A stretch of DNA of 63,950 bases, filler included, from Neolecta irregularis DAH-3 (GCA_001929475.1; 16 parts of 16 records of this genome joined end to end with filler, not necessarily neighbours in it), one strand, 5' to 3'; positions 50,385 to 62,926 are shown, numbered from the whole stretch's first letter. Translations and numbers: made by a program. Notes: generated from the sequence alone by a model not told the origin.

Positions 50385-50450
50385 GCTCGCATACCAGCAT
50401 ACTATATGCTCGCATACCAGCATACTATATGCTCGCATACCAGCATACTA
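50385..50450. repeat. 23-bp tandem repeat x3 (GCTCGCATACCAGCATACTATAT) at contig edge
   Basis: Direct inspection; no spacers. Confidence 0.85.
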
Positions 50451-50782
50451 AATAAGTTTACATCGTACGGCAAGGTTAATCTTGGGATAAAGATGACTCC
50501 ATTGGAAGAATAGTCCTCGAGATTACTAATGGTGACTATAATCATGTGCATAATTTCGCGCCGCTAATTAAAACCGACAAAATATTTTCAAACCTCACCA
50601 TGACCACCCGCCATTGAACCGCAAGTACGTTATTTTCACATCTTGGAATGATTAAACATATAATCTGTCAATCCTCAGAATGATTGCGGTGGGAGCACCG
50701 CGAATCTTGTTGACTAACCAACATTATGACCTCTCCATTACCCTTCTCTCTTGCCAACTCGCAACTAACAAGAAAAGCTTTC

Positions 50783-51658
50783 ATGACTACCGCTAAAGAA
50801 GTAGAGGAACCCTTTCCAGTTCATATAGTTGCCTCGCGATACTTTCTTTATGACCCAAACGGCACGATCTTCTTTGATCCCGTTCTGACTCCTCGGCAGT
50901 CATTACCCATGTCCGTCAGAAACATCACATGTGTGGAGTTCTAGTCGGTACATTACCGCAATTACCACAACAAAATGTATTTCTCGGAGTTCCTTTGCAG
51001 TTGATGACCGAAGAAGCTGCGTTGCTCGTAGAGTGCGGTAGTAACCTACAGAGATCTCTTTTTAATTCAAATAGGCGCCGCATACATTGTCGATGACAAG
51101 GCGGCTCACGAAAAAGCCGTTGCTCACATCACTCCACGAGATATTCAACAACTACAAGAATCCCGGAAACTAGAAGCTCAGTCCCAACAGGAAGAATTCC
51201 AACGCAACCTTGTGCAAAGATTAGAAAGATTAGCGCAAAAACATCAAATCCCGGAATCGTCTCTCACAAATTATACGACCTCGTCGAGCACAACTTTACG
51301 ATCATACACTATACCATCCATAACATCAGGTCGTACATATAAACCATCACCATTCTCACATGTTCCCTCACCAAATCCTTCTTCTTTTGCTTTGTACAAA
51401 CATCTTCATTCACAAGGATATTTTGTCAGTCCAGGTCTACGCTTTGGATCACAGTTCATGGCATATCCAGGAGACCCTCTTCGCTTCCATTCACACTTTC
51501 TCGCGACCGGTCTCGAATGGGATCAAGATTTTGATATGATTGATATTGTTGGAGGAGGTCGATTGGGCACTGGTGTAAAGAAAGCTTGGATGATTGGTGC
51601 TACAGATCCAAATACAAATGAAGAACAGGTATTTTGTGTAACCTGGGCTGGATTTTGA
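50783..51658 (+). CDS. SEN34: tRNA-splicing endonuclease subunit Sen34, multi-exon
   Basis: CGVLVGTLPQLPQQNVFLGVPLQLMTEEAALL; GYFVSPGLRFGSQFMAYPGDPLRFHSHF; GGGRLGTGVKKAW; CVTWAGF. Confidence 0.95.
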
Positions 51659-51781
51659 TAAAGCGATACAGTATCATTTTAATATCTACTTGATCCACTT
51701 GTGCTTTTCGACTACTAATGTTTCGGAAATATTTTAGCAAACCCACCCTATTTAACCAGCATAAAAACAAAAGATTTCTCA

Positions 51782-54700
51782 TTAATATATCACTGAAATA
51801 CGATCTTCGTCGTCTTCTATCGAATCTGAAATGATAGAAGGCTCTGAGCTTCCTTGGATCTCTTCCAGCCTGCAAGATTTTCCAAAGTCCGCCTTGGGCG
51901 CATACACATCAAATGTGTTTATTGGCCGCGTAGTATATTCGACATTTTCAAATCCAAAAAATGGTTTACGTACATCCGAAAACAGTGATTCACTGTTCTT
52001 CTTTCGGGAATTGAAAATACGCTTTATTAGAGGAATAGACGTCGCGATCTTAGGAGAGGAATTAACCTGGGTAAAATTCGGACAAGATACTGCACTGGAT
52101 ATGCTACACGCGGAAGGGGAAGGTGACGGGGATGATTGTGGGCTCTCGGGACGACAGATGACAGGCATTGGTTCCGTTGGAAAAGAGGCTTCTAAATCAG
52201 GCAGAGGTCTTTTCTTGGAAAGTCGTGATCCGGGGACCTGACCGATCTTTTCAATCGTCTTTCCAAGATATCCCTTCATTACAAAATCTTCCATGTTGTC
52301 ATCTTCCTGTGAGGTAGATGTAAGACTCTGGTCGTCCGTATTGATGTCCTCCATCCCATTTGAAGATCCTTCCAAAACTGTCGAAGGGAAGCTTCGGGTA
52401 TCGGTGTCTTCCGTTTGAGTGTTAAATGGCATAGAAGTCGACATGAAGCTAGCGACATCGGTATCGTCATACGGGAAATTCTCCTCCCTGGCAACATTCG
52501 CTGGCATCCACGAGGAGACACCAAAGAAATTTTCAAGTTTTTGCCAATGAATGTAGTTGGCGACTTTCGGATCATCGCGTGCTGTTTCACCTATCTCTGA
52601 AAGTCTCCTTGCCGGTTTGGACCGTACTTCACCGAAACCTAAAGCCGACCTGAAGCGCCGTGTCCTTGACAAAGAACCGCGTCGGTCTGAAGGCGAGCTT
52701 TTCTTGGAAGTCTCAAGATCAAGGTTAGATTCCTCCTGAATTTGTTGAACGATTCTCTCAAACTTTGCTTCATTTCGTTTACGTTTCATCTCTTTTCCAA
52801 TCAACATTTCGAGAAATTCGCCTGGAGATATATGGTCTTGAAGTTGGGCGATGGCTGCTAATGCTGCTGGATTCTTTGTTACTCGAGGATGCCTCTGTGC
52901 CCAAAATTTGGCTTGATGCCACGCCGAATACCACACCGAAGCAAGGTTGACATATATGAGACAGAATTTGTAAGGAAAGAAGATCAATAAAGCTTTGAAC
53001 CCTATCGATTGGTTGACTCGTCGAAGATGGACGTAATTGAAAGTGAAAACGCCGACGATATATAGAAGGATTGTAGCAGCCATAAAAACCCCAAATCGTA
53101 TTGGTTGCAGATAGACGGTAAGAGGAAACACAAAAGGACCAGTGAGGTAAAGAACCGTTTCGTAGAACTCCTGAAACACATATATCTTGCAAACAATTTC
53201 TCGAAATCCGAGTTTCCAACTGAAAAAGATGTAGCTGAGGTTCCATGCTGTCCTTGTAATGAAAAAATAGTTCCATCGATAGAAACGTTGCTTCCATACA
53301 GTCATTTCCCCATAACCTCCTCGAGATTCAGCTGCTATGAACAGATCGGTTGGAGTTTCAGTCTCAACAAAAACTTGGCTAGTGAATGCAATTCGCATAC
53401 CGCGACGGCGAGCCACATCCCCAAAGAACCCTATCGAATAAGTAAAAGGAAAATACTTGAAATATTACAGTCTTCGCTGATCAGAAATCCGGGGTGGTAT
53501 TTAAATAAGGAAGAGAGAGCCTCGCGATCCCATAGAATAATTGCACCATGGGGGAATGTAGCACTTCCCCAGTTACCAGCGAATTGCTATTTTGTTTGCC
53601 AAAATAAACAGAGGATGGAAATGCATACCCTGGTAATTCCAGCCAGCTTATACTCCAGATCCTGGCACTGTTGAACAAATGTGCCAGGTTTCCCGCCAGC
53701 GCCCACAGATTTTAATGTATATCCGACACACTTGGTCTTTCCAACAATCATATCCGTTTTAATAGGGAGGTTTTTAGGTAAATGAACGTCGTCGTCGATG
53801 AGAAGAAGGTATTTGAATTTTCTAGAAACTGCACATCCAGCATATTCAGCCGTTATCTTTGAACCAATCGGGACCCAGGTATGATGAACGCCGTATTTCT
53901 CACATACTTTGGCAGTATCATCGAGTGGAGTTGGACTATTCCCGTTTGCGATAACGAAAATGTGGTCCGGGGGGAATATTTCCAGAGCACATTCGATGGT
54001 TTCGGGCAACGCGGCTTCAGCCTTGTAAGCCGGGATAACAAGAGCTGTCTCGCTGACATCTCGATTTTCGACAGGATCAATCTTTTTGTGAAACTGGGTG
54101 AACAGAGGCAAGTATGCATAAAATGCAGCCAAGCCCATGAAAATGGCCCATCCGGCACCAAGAGGACTAAGATGGCTCATATAATAATATAACCACCAGA
54201 GGACACCGTGCCATATTGGCACTCCGATTAGCCCGAAGTATATGATCAGAACACAGATCAACCAGTAAACTGCCTTGAAAGAGTGTTGTCCATTTGCAGT
54301 ACGTTGTTTTTTATTATCGTTGTGTTTGATTTCCTCGAGGTACTTTGATAAAATCTCAGAGGCTTCCTCATGCGTGCAGTCCTTCTTATACATGGATGCG
54401 ATCGAAGTTGATGAGTCACGTCGAAATAACTGAGCTACTGAAGTTGCTCCATCTTTGACAAAGCTTTGCGTTCTTTCATATGAGAGTGAAATGCTTCGTT
54501 TGTAAGAAGGGCGTTGTGATGAAAATTGAGAGAGTGATAGGCTGCCTTTACGGGATTCTGGTCGTGTGGCTTCTTCACTGGTCGGGGATGAAGACCGTAA
54601 AACAGTAGGAGACTCTCTACTGGAACGTGAACTTGATAAATTTCGCGATAGGTTGGGGGAATTTGACCGAAAACCGGAAAAGGAAACCGAATGAAAACTT

Positions 54701-55007
54701 CCAGGACGTGATGGTGTTTGCAAGGATGAACCCGTTGGATGAAAGGAAGATACAGAATTCGGGGTGGTTTGCACGAATTCAGGGCTCGTGGGAGATTCGG
54801 AAACATTTACAGAGGAACCTATTGAGGCAGTTCTCGACCCCGAAGGTGTCTGGTCAGGGAGTGGGGATCTAAGGGTCAGACTTCAATATCTTTCAACCAA
54901 GTTTACCGAGAAATGGTCGCACTCTCATGACCTCGGGAGGTTGGGGGTTGGCTCTGGGTCGACCGGCTGTGTTCCTCCAAGGAGTGCCGAAAGTCGGGTT
55001 CAGACAT
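51782..55007 (-). CDS. Processive GT2 glycosyltransferase (hyaluronan/chitin-synthase-like) with disordered N- and C-terminal tails, multi-exon
   Basis: LVIPAYKAE, VIANGN, LLIDDDV, QQCQDLEYKLAG, FPHGAIILW, ED motif, VETETP, KQRFYRW, followed by TM helices. Confidence 0.85.
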
Positions 55008-55842
55008 CAATTCACTGCAGAGCCACGAAACGAAATCGTGGAGGTTATTACAGATCTTGACATTGAGGCCATGTGAGGCAAGTCATCATAGATCTCAACA
55101 ATGTGGCGACCAATACAACCTAATGCGTTGTATATGACCCAACTTTAATATCAGATCCACAAAACGCCACAACACGCCACAACACGAGGCCGGATGCATT
55201 GCCCCATCGATCACAATACGAAGCCATGAATCCAGCCAAAACCGGGAGTTAGACTTGATCGGCTAAAAAGTGGCATAGCCTCATGACCCTCGGCGCCCCA
55301 TCGTCGGCTTCCTTACACGATCGACCCTTGCAATGCATCGATGATGATCATACATCGGCCTCCTGGCTATCGCAATTTGTCATCTGGATTCACAAGCAAT
55401 TTCAGTGTGGAAGCGAGAATCATAAATCATCACTGCCATATTTCTGTATTTCACGCTAACAATAAATGATCGGCAGGCTTCGCAATATCTTTCGATAAAG
55501 CCTCAGTTTTGTGGTTGAAGTACCGGATCGAGAGGAATTCAACTGCCGTCCCGTTGTGGCGACGCAGAGGATCTTCCTTGGCGGCTGGAATTACCGATTT
55601 CGGAAAGGCGGGTTCCATTCCCGCTCAAAAGTCCACTTCGGGATCTGATTGATCGACGAGGCGTTTACACATGGTTGACGGATGAGTTTCCATATTGTCA
55701 AAATGCGGAAACGATCGCAAGTGCCAGCCATGTGAAGGTCCTCGGAAAAAGTCTACAAAAGGGACTGCCTCCGGATTTGGTGAAATGCATATTCTGAAAA
55801 GGTCCCTTTCATTCGCCCCAGCCAATTAGTTTATTTCGTTTC

Positions 55843-56540
55843 ATGCCTTCCTCGTCGATGTTGATTTCACACACAAGGAGCTCTTCGGTAACAGAATTCC
55901 CACCCTCCCCGCCTCCCGAAAGATATCGACTAGCCTCTCTTGATAAAACAAGTGTAAACCCGCTCGAAAAACCTGTTGTTGCAGTCATTGGTACAGGCTA
56001 TGTTGGTTCAAATCTTGTCAAAGTATTTGCTGAGGCCGGTATTGACGTCATCGCGCACGATATCTCAGAACCGAGTCTGAAGAACCTGCAAGCTCAATCA
56101 TCAACACTCAAGAATATTCGTTATTCATCAGCTCCATTTGTTATCACACCAGCGACACATATCCTGATCGCGGTGCCAACCACTTTGCTACCCGACATGA
56201 AAACCATCGATACATCCTTCATACAAGCAGCGCTTTGCACAGTCGTGAATCATGCTCGTCGTGGCGCCACCGTTGTAATTGAATCTTCTGTAGCAGTTGG
56301 GACGACCCGGAAGCTGCTCGCTCCGTTTATGCAGTTGCACGGCTTTCTTGGTGGGATGTCTCCAGAACGAATTGACCCTGGACGCAGTTTCCCAACATAC
56401 GAAGATACGCCCAAGATAATATCCGGTCTCGACGAAAGAAGCCTTCAAAGCATTGAAAAACTATATTCAAAAGTTTTCCAAAATCTTGTTCCGTTGTCTT
56501 CTCCAGAAGCGGCAGAGATGACTAAAGTAATATCTTTTTT
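55843..56540 (+). CDS. Nucleotide-sugar 6-dehydrogenase (UDP-Glc/GDP-Man DH family, WbpA/TviB/WecC UDP-HexNAc-type), 3' end cut by gap
   Basis: VAVIGTGYVG, IAVPT, VIESSVAVGTT, MSPERIDPG, PKIISG, EAAEMTK. Confidence 0.9.
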
Positions 56541-56640
56541 NNNNNNNNNNNNNNNNNNNNNNNNNNNNNNNNNNNNNNNNNNNNTTAATTAATTAANNNN
56601 NNNNNNNNNNNNNNNNNNNNNNNNNNNNNNNNNNNNNNNN

Positions 56641-56706
56641 TCAATACTGATATCATGTCAATAGTGATTCAATACTGATATCATGTCAATAGTGATTCAA
56701 TACTGA
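56641..56706. repeat. 28-bp tandem repeat (TCAATACTGATATCATGTCAATAGTGAT) at contig edge
   Basis: Direct inspection, ~2.3 copies. Confidence 0.8.
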
Positions 56707-56722
56707 ATACAACGTCATACTT

Positions 56723-57184
56723 ATGTCTACTCAAATACTCGACAAATTATATCTCTGGTTCTTCATTCTCCATATCCCGGCGACCATTTTCGTAGACTTG
56801 GGGCAGTTTTTGCCGCGGTCGGTATTGCCAGGATGGGTGTTTATTCCTCTCGACTTTTACGTTTCGACATTTGACGACCCGTTATTCACACGGGATCGCG
56901 GGGGATGGCTTTTATCATTTTTCTTTCTTGAGATCGTGATCCAATTGCCTGTATTCGTATACGGTATCCAAAGTCTTAAGAAGGCTGGGATAGGTCTATC
57001 GCGCCAGTCGATGCTGGTGTTGCTCGTCTATGCGGTGCAATCTACGACGACTACATTTGGATGTGTAGCCGAGCTGCTTGCGTTTGAAGCGTCTGCAACG
57101 GTTATCGTAGGATTCTATATGCCGTTTCTATTTGCTACACTTGTGATGGCTGTTGATATGTTTCAGCGTCTAAATGGCAAGTGA
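56723..57184 (+). CDS. EXPERA-domain (TMEM97/Ema19-like) membrane protein
   Basis: LDKLYLWFFILHIPATIFVD, FDDPLF, WLLSFFFLEIVIQLP, YAVQSTTTTFGC, YMPF..MAVDMFQRL. Confidence 0.85.
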   Translation: MSTQILDKLYLWFFILHIPATIFVDLGQFLPRSVLPGWVFIPLDFYVSTFDDPLFTRDRGGWLLSFFFLEIVIQLPVFVYGIQSLKKAGIGLSRQSMLVLLVYAVQSTTTTFGCVAELLAFEASATVIVGFYMPFLFATLVMAVDMFQRLNGK

Positions 57185-57198
57185 GTAGGAAGATGAAT

Positions 57199-57412
57199 GA
57201 TCATTAATATATCGATCATTAATATATCGATCATTAATATATCGATCATAAATATCGATCATAAATATATCGATCATTAATATATCGATCATAAATATAT
57301 CGATCATAAATATCGATCATTAATATATCGATCATTAATATATCGATCATAAATATATCGATCATAAATATCACCGATCATAGATATCACCGATCATATT
57401 AATATATTAATA
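57199..57412. repeat. AT-rich minisatellite (ATCGATCATTAATAT / ATCGATCATAAAT variants) between convergent genes
   Basis: About 13 degenerate 13-16-bp units containing palindromic ATCGAT. Confidence 0.9.
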
Positions 57413-58050
57413 TCAATCATCAATCATTCCAGCTTCCACGCTCTGTCCCATCGGGCCCACTAGATCGTCTACTTGATCAAAGGGAGCCCCGCTACTCAGA
57501 GAAATCAGCCTCCGGTATTTCCAACAAGGAGAGTCCAGAGTCTGGGGCGCAGCCTTGTCAGCAATCAGCTGGACCAGCGAATTGCGCTCCTTTGTGATGC
57601 GGGCGAGGAGGTCCTTGAGCTCGTCGAGCGAATGACCGAGCGAGTCTCGCGGGAGCGCTTCGTGGGCGCGGACGGCAGCGGCGAGATCGCTCGCCTGGCA
57701 GCGCTGGAGCCGCTCGACGAACAGGAGCTTCTGCGACTCGAGCAGGGCCTCGACGGTGTGCAGCGCGTGGTCGAGGTCAAAGGACAGGCCGTTTCTGGAC
57801 TGCAGCACTGCGACGCGGGCGGTGGTGAGCTCGAGCTCCTTGGAGATGTCTGCGAGCAGGCCTGCTGCGGTGTCGATGTCGCGCTTCTTGAGCTTGAGCT
57901 CGGCGTCGTAGGCCTCTGCAAGCTCGCGCAGCTTGCCGTCGACGTGCGGGGCGGTGGTCCTGACGGCCTCGATGGCGGTCTCGGTGAAATGCAGCGGCGG
58001 CGGCGGGAAGAACCCGGGGGCGGGGGGGCTCGACCGATCGGGGAGGGGGA
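57413..58050 (-). CDS. C-terminal part of an MBF/SBF transcription factor (Mbp1/Res family), 5' end cut by gap
   Basis: LHFTETA..KLRELAEAYDAELKLKKRDIDTAAGLL coiled coil and terminal KYRRLISLSSGAPFDQVDDLV. Confidence 0.7.
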
Positions 58051-58150
58051 NNNNNNNNNNNNNNNNNNNNNNNNNNNNNNNNNNNNNNNNNNNNTTAATT
58101 AATTAANNNNNNNNNNNNNNNNNNNNNNNNNNNNNNNNNNNNNNNNNNNN

Positions 58151-58868
58151 GCCGCCGCCGCAGCCTCCGCGCGCCGGGTCTTGCGCCGCGCGCCCGCCGC
58201 GGTCTTGGCCCGCTTGTGCCCGGCCTCGCCTGCCCCCGTCAGCCTGCCAGCCCGCCGCATATACCGCGCATATACCCTGTATGCTCTCCACCTCGGCGCT
58301 CTCCGCGGCCTCGCTGCCCACAAGACTCTCGTCGCGCCCGCGCTTCGTCCCGTGCACCGAGCTGCTCAGCTGCGCAGGACTCGTCGCCTCCGACACGTCG
58401 TCGCCCGCCGCCGTGCGGTGCTCCTCGATCAGCCGGTGGTACTCGGCCGTCTCCGGCAGCTTGAACTCCGTGTAGTGCGTGTCCGGGATGTTGTTGGGGT
58501 CCGCGAGCTCAGAGGGCGACGGCGTCCGGGCGTCTGGCGACGGCGCCTAAAGTCAGCGCCCCGCAGGCGGAGAGAGGAGGCTACAGCGTCGTCCAGACTC
58601 TCCAAGTCGTAGTGGTGACGCAGCTTTAGAATAATGTGCTCTACCGTGATGGCCTCGCCGCCCGGCGTGTCCCGCAGGGCCCGCAGCACAGATATCAGCC
58701 TGAAATGCTGGTGGATGCCTCGCGTGAGCTTTGCTTTCGTGATCGCCTACCCAGAGGCCGGTATTTACAAACCGCCCGGAACAGCGCGATTTCGAGCTCC
58801 ACCGTCCATGTTGGGCAGGATGCTTTGGCCTTTTGCGCCTCTTCTTCCGCATGCTTGCGGGTAGACAT
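58151..58868 (-). CDS. EAF7: NuA4 subunit Eaf7 (MRGBP family), multi-exon, 3' end cut by gap
   Basis: WTVELEIALFRAVCKYRPL|GIHQHFRLISV..IILKLRHHYDLESLD; EFKLP. Confidence 0.8.
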
Positions 58869-59086
58869 GATATGGGATATGAGCCGGAAGAGGGAAATGA
58901 TGATGGAACGACGGGCGGGGGTCGGGGTTATTCGCGGCGGATACCCCTAACCGCGGCTCTGGCTGCAGCTAGTATCCTACTCTAAAACACAATCCTTGGT
59001 ATATGCTCAGGAACACCGACAAGACAACAAATGAACAATTGCTTCACAGAAAATTCGCAAACCTCCCAAGGTCGCCCTCAACCACC

Positions 59087-60213
59087 ATGACATCTTCTCG
59101 CACTCCCATAACACCCGCTACTCCAGCAAGCCCTCTATCAAAAGACTCGCAGCAGCAAAACCAACATCCTCCATCAGTAACAATATTATCTCGTCCATAC
59201 CTCACCTCTTCTCAAATATTTGCTCTGCAGAAGCGTACACGCGGTTCAGCAATCTCAGAACAGAAAGAGACCCAGATACGTTTGCAGGCATGTGCTTGGA
59301 TAGCAGCCATCGGCGAGCACATGCACTTGTACTTTGGTCGTCTTACTAGACTTACCCGACAGTCCTATACGAACAATAGGAACAGGAATGATGCTATACC
59401 ACCGCTTCCACCTCTTTTATCCAATTACAGACTTTCCCTTCATGGTATATGCTATTTGTCTTGCGCTGATATCAAGGATATGGCAATAACATGTCTTTTC
59501 GTTGCCTCCAAGATGCAAGACACCATCAAGAAACTGCGAGATATCCTGATTGTCGGTTATCAAATTAGGCATCCAAATGGCCCCGACATCAACCCCGAAT
59601 CACAAACAATGGAAGACCAACGTAAGCGAGTTATTGGTCTTGAAAGGATGGTTTTAGAGATTGTGTGTTTTGATTTCCGGGGAAGACACGCCCAGGGTTA
59701 TCTCATCAAGCTCACACGATATTACAGATGTATGACTTTATGGTCAATGTGGCTAATTTTAGTGAACCAAGAGGTTGCGAGGACAGCTTGGAAGATTAGT
59801 GTAGACTGTTACCGGACATTTATCCCATTAAAGCACACACCACAGACTATTGCCTTGTCGTGTCTTGAGTTTTCCGGTCGTTTAAGCGGACAGAGGTTAT
59901 CCCTGCAGCCGGAAAGCTTTTGTAGCAAAAGAGTTTATGTGGAGGGTACTTTTCGCATATGTTTGCGCTAATGTGTTTAGCCGTTATTCAAGATCTGCTT
60001 GAACTCTATATTCACTTTCGTTTGCAAACCATTATGGGGAACGTTCATTCCGAAGATGATTTTATGGCTATTGGAATTGCAATCAACCGAGAAAGCACCT
60101 CAAAAAGCTACAGCGAACAACCGAATGACGATATACCGATCCCTCCTTTATCTTCTGGTGACAGGGGCATAGTTCGGTATGTGTTGGATAGATCCCGGAT
60201 GGAAGATGAATGA
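59087..60213 (+). CDS. CTK2: CTDK-I cyclin (Ctk2/Lsc1, cyclin K-like), multi-exon
   Basis: RLQACAWI..LPIRTIGTGMMLYHRFHLF, CLFVASKMQDTIKKLRDI, LERMVLEIVCFDFR, DLLELY, DRGIVRYVLD. Confidence 0.85.
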
Positions 60214-60229
60214 CCTTTTATACATTTAT

Positions 60230-61227
60230 CTACACAATAACCTCACCCGCATCGATATAATTCGGGACAAATGCAGCATCTGGTGACTCCAAAGTCAAGC
60301 TAGGTAACTGGAACGGCTTGTTCTCGTAGAGATACCAAGCTTTCAATGCGTTTGCAGCAGCCTATGAGTCAATACAGACTTTTTGAACCCTAACCCTAAA
60401 CTTGGCTTCATCGACACTACTAGCCTGTCCTTGACCAACCATTTCGTCGCCAAGGTATACCCCAATGACAAATACAGGCGACCGAGAAACTCTGCCCGTT
60501 TCGGAGATACTCCGAAATATAGGCCTGTCAAGATTCTCACGAGTGCATAACCGAGATAATTCCCGGGATGGCTCGTTGAATTTGAAAAGCGAAGACATTT
60601 GCAATGTCCTGCTGAGAAGATGATTATGAACAAACACTTTGGAGGCTGTGAATCCCTTGATGATCAAGTAAAATTGAGAGACCAAGGTACCTCGGAGATA
60701 TAAACTCCTCCGATCACAGAGCGAACCATATCAGCCATTGCCCTATCCGCAAATTTTTCGCCCTTCTTTGGATCAACAGCTCCAATCTCTGCTCTCTGAA
60801 AAAGCAATTTTCCATAATTTTCAAATTCCCCAGACTTGCCCAACTCGACGCCCCATTCTCGTCCGACCTGATGCAAGACTGGCACACCTGCAAAGGCCTG
60901 CAATCCTGCGGTGAGCACGTCGTAGGGTAGTCTGGGATATCGCGAGACGAGATATTCTGATACAAGGTACCCAGCGATGACCGTTCCTGACCGAGCAAGA
61001 TGTTTATTATGTGGATAAGCCTTGGCCGCTTCAGACGTTGGATCAACCAGTGTCCTAGCCAACAGGGATTTGCTAAACGACGAGGGGAGTTTCAACCGTG
61101 AATGAAGAGCGCTTATCGTAGGTGAATGAGGAAACGACAGCAACCAATCTATGTTTATAGGTGGCTTTTCTAAGATGAGCAATGATACTGGGATGGAATA
61201 CTTTGTGATAATTTGATCCGTGGCCAT
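60230..61227 (-). CDS. MRPL3: Mitochondrial ribosomal protein mL44 (RNase III + dsRBD), multi-exon
   Basis: ALHSRLKLP, SEYLVSRYPRLP, VGREWGVE, VRSVIGGVY, EPSRELSRLC, SETGRVSRSPVFVIGVY, YIDAGEVIV. Confidence 0.9.
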
Positions 61228-61497
61228 TTGAACATTCGATAATAGTTTGAGAATATTTTTGTAAAGTAACGTGATATAGTAACGTGAACCTGATCCAAGA
61301 ACGTGACCGCGATAGTAACACGATAGATAAATAGATCAAGATACAAGTTAAAGAATAGATATTCATTTTATGAAACCAATTACAAAACAAATGTGCTNNN
61401 NNNNNNNNNNNNNNNNNNNNNNNNNNNNNNNNNNNNNNNNNTTAATTAATTAANNNNNNNNNNNNNNNNNNNNNNNNNNNNNNNNNNNNNNNNNNNN

Positions 61498-62627
61498 CTT
61501 TCTCTTCATAGCTAGCATTTATTCCTTTAATCTTAGTATCACTTAGGTTTTCCACCTCATAACATAAGTACACTTGTAGTAAGACAAGGGTACTGGCAGT
61601 GCAAGCCTATCTACCTATAATACAATAATGCCACTAATTAGCTGGTACAGAATATACTAGAAGGACCCGGAACCTTCTGGGACCTTCCACCACTATACCA
61701 CATTCAGTGTTCATACTAACCACTGAAATGAGCTCCTTACACTCGCCTACTCTAATGCCTCACCAGCTCCAGCTCCAGTGCCCTCCCTTGCTCATTCCAG
61801 TACCATTGCCTGCTCCAGCACCCTCCTTCCTCACCTACTCCAGTGCCCTTGCCAGCTCCAATGTCCTCCTTCCTCACCCACTCCAGTGCCCTCCCTCACT
61901 TACTCCAGTGCCCTCCTTCCTTGCCAACTCCAGATCTCTCCTTCCTTGCCAGTTCCAAATCTCACCTTCCTTGCCTGCTCCAGTACCCTCCTTCCTCTCC
62001 CACTTCAGTGCCCTTGCCAGATCCAGCACCCTCCTTCCTTCCTCACCTACTCCAACTCCCTCTCCTGCTCCAACACCTTACTCTCTGCAGTCCCTCTCAA
62101 GCTATATCACCCTACTGCAACTTCCACTGCCATGCCCCTCTGGTTGCAACTCCCTTGCCCACCCCAACTACCTTGCCTGATGCAATGCTATCCCACTGCA
62201 ATGCATTTCCTGGCTATACCTTTCTTGCCCACTCTAACTTACTCACCCACTCAAACTTGCTCACCCACTCCACCTTGCTCACCTACTGAGATTTTCTTTG
62301 TGGGAAAGGATCAGAAAGATTTGATAATAGCACTGTCTAGATATCACTGTACAGTAACATTTATTATTGTTAATAAGATATAAATGCATTCTAAACAAAA
62401 TCCAAACCAATGGAGTTTGACACATTGATCTCACACTTGTCACTGAAAATATCCATGCAAACCCACTCTCTGGTAGTTTCAAGAATTGCATATCAATTAA
62501 TCAAGTATATTGCCAAGGCTTCTATCATTTTAGCAAAAGCAAAGCATGCTGAATATTGGGTATGTAAGGATGGTTCTAAATCCTTATGCTGTACTGCAAC
62601 CAATAAGGGAGCTCAGCCTAATACCAG
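61498..62627. mobile_element. Degenerate CpG-depleted TE remnant (LTR-like start, C/T-rich repeat ~61730-62285)
   Basis: GGAACCTTCTGGGACCTTCCA LTR-like motif; CTCCAGTGCCCT/CTCCAGCACCCTCCTTCC repeats; almost no CG dinucleotides. Confidence 0.5.
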
Positions 62628-62727
62628 NNNNNNNNNNNNNNNNNNNNNNNNNNNNNNNNNNNNNNNNNNNNTTAATTAATTAANNNNNNNNNNNNNNNNN
62701 NNNNNNNNNNNNNNNNNNNNNNNNNNN

Positions 62728-62926
62728 ATGTTATCCAGCCCACTCTCGTCCCGAGAAACCCTGACCCGCCCTTACTGCCCCGCATTTCCCGCCCGTTGCT
62801 GCTCGCCTTCCTCACTTGTCCTCCTCGCCTGCTATCGACCTCCTCACCATGCCCCGCCCTCCTCACCTCTTACTACTCGCCCTCTTTAATGGGCCGGGCT
62901 AAGCCCATGGCCCATCCACATCACTG
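62728..62926. mobile_element. C/T-rich repeat followed by a hAT-like terminal inverted repeat ending CACTG
   Basis: CTCCTCGCCTGCTATCG words shared with the 41.7/47.5 kb blocks; terminus matches 31207 inverted. Confidence 0.6.

Noticed and set aside
50385..50450. Short direct repeats here and at 56641-56706 and 63885-63950 as possible CRISPR arrays
   Set aside because: Head-to-tail tandem copies with no unique spacers, no cas genes, eukaryotic context.
43910..56540. Larger glycan-biosynthesis cluster joining GT25 with the GT2/dehydrogenase pair
   Set aside because: The genes are on different contigs separated by artificial linkers; physical linkage is unknown.
57473..58950. Multiple overlapping plus-strand ORFs and high GC suggesting foreign or bacterial DNA
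   Set aside because: Antisense shadows of GC-rich fungal genes (Mbp1/Res-type and intron-containing EAF7).
14722..62727. Recurrent TTAATTAATTAA motif within N runs
   Set aside because: Artificial scaffolding linker with stops in all six frames. It also means gene neighbourhoods across gaps are not evidence of clustering.
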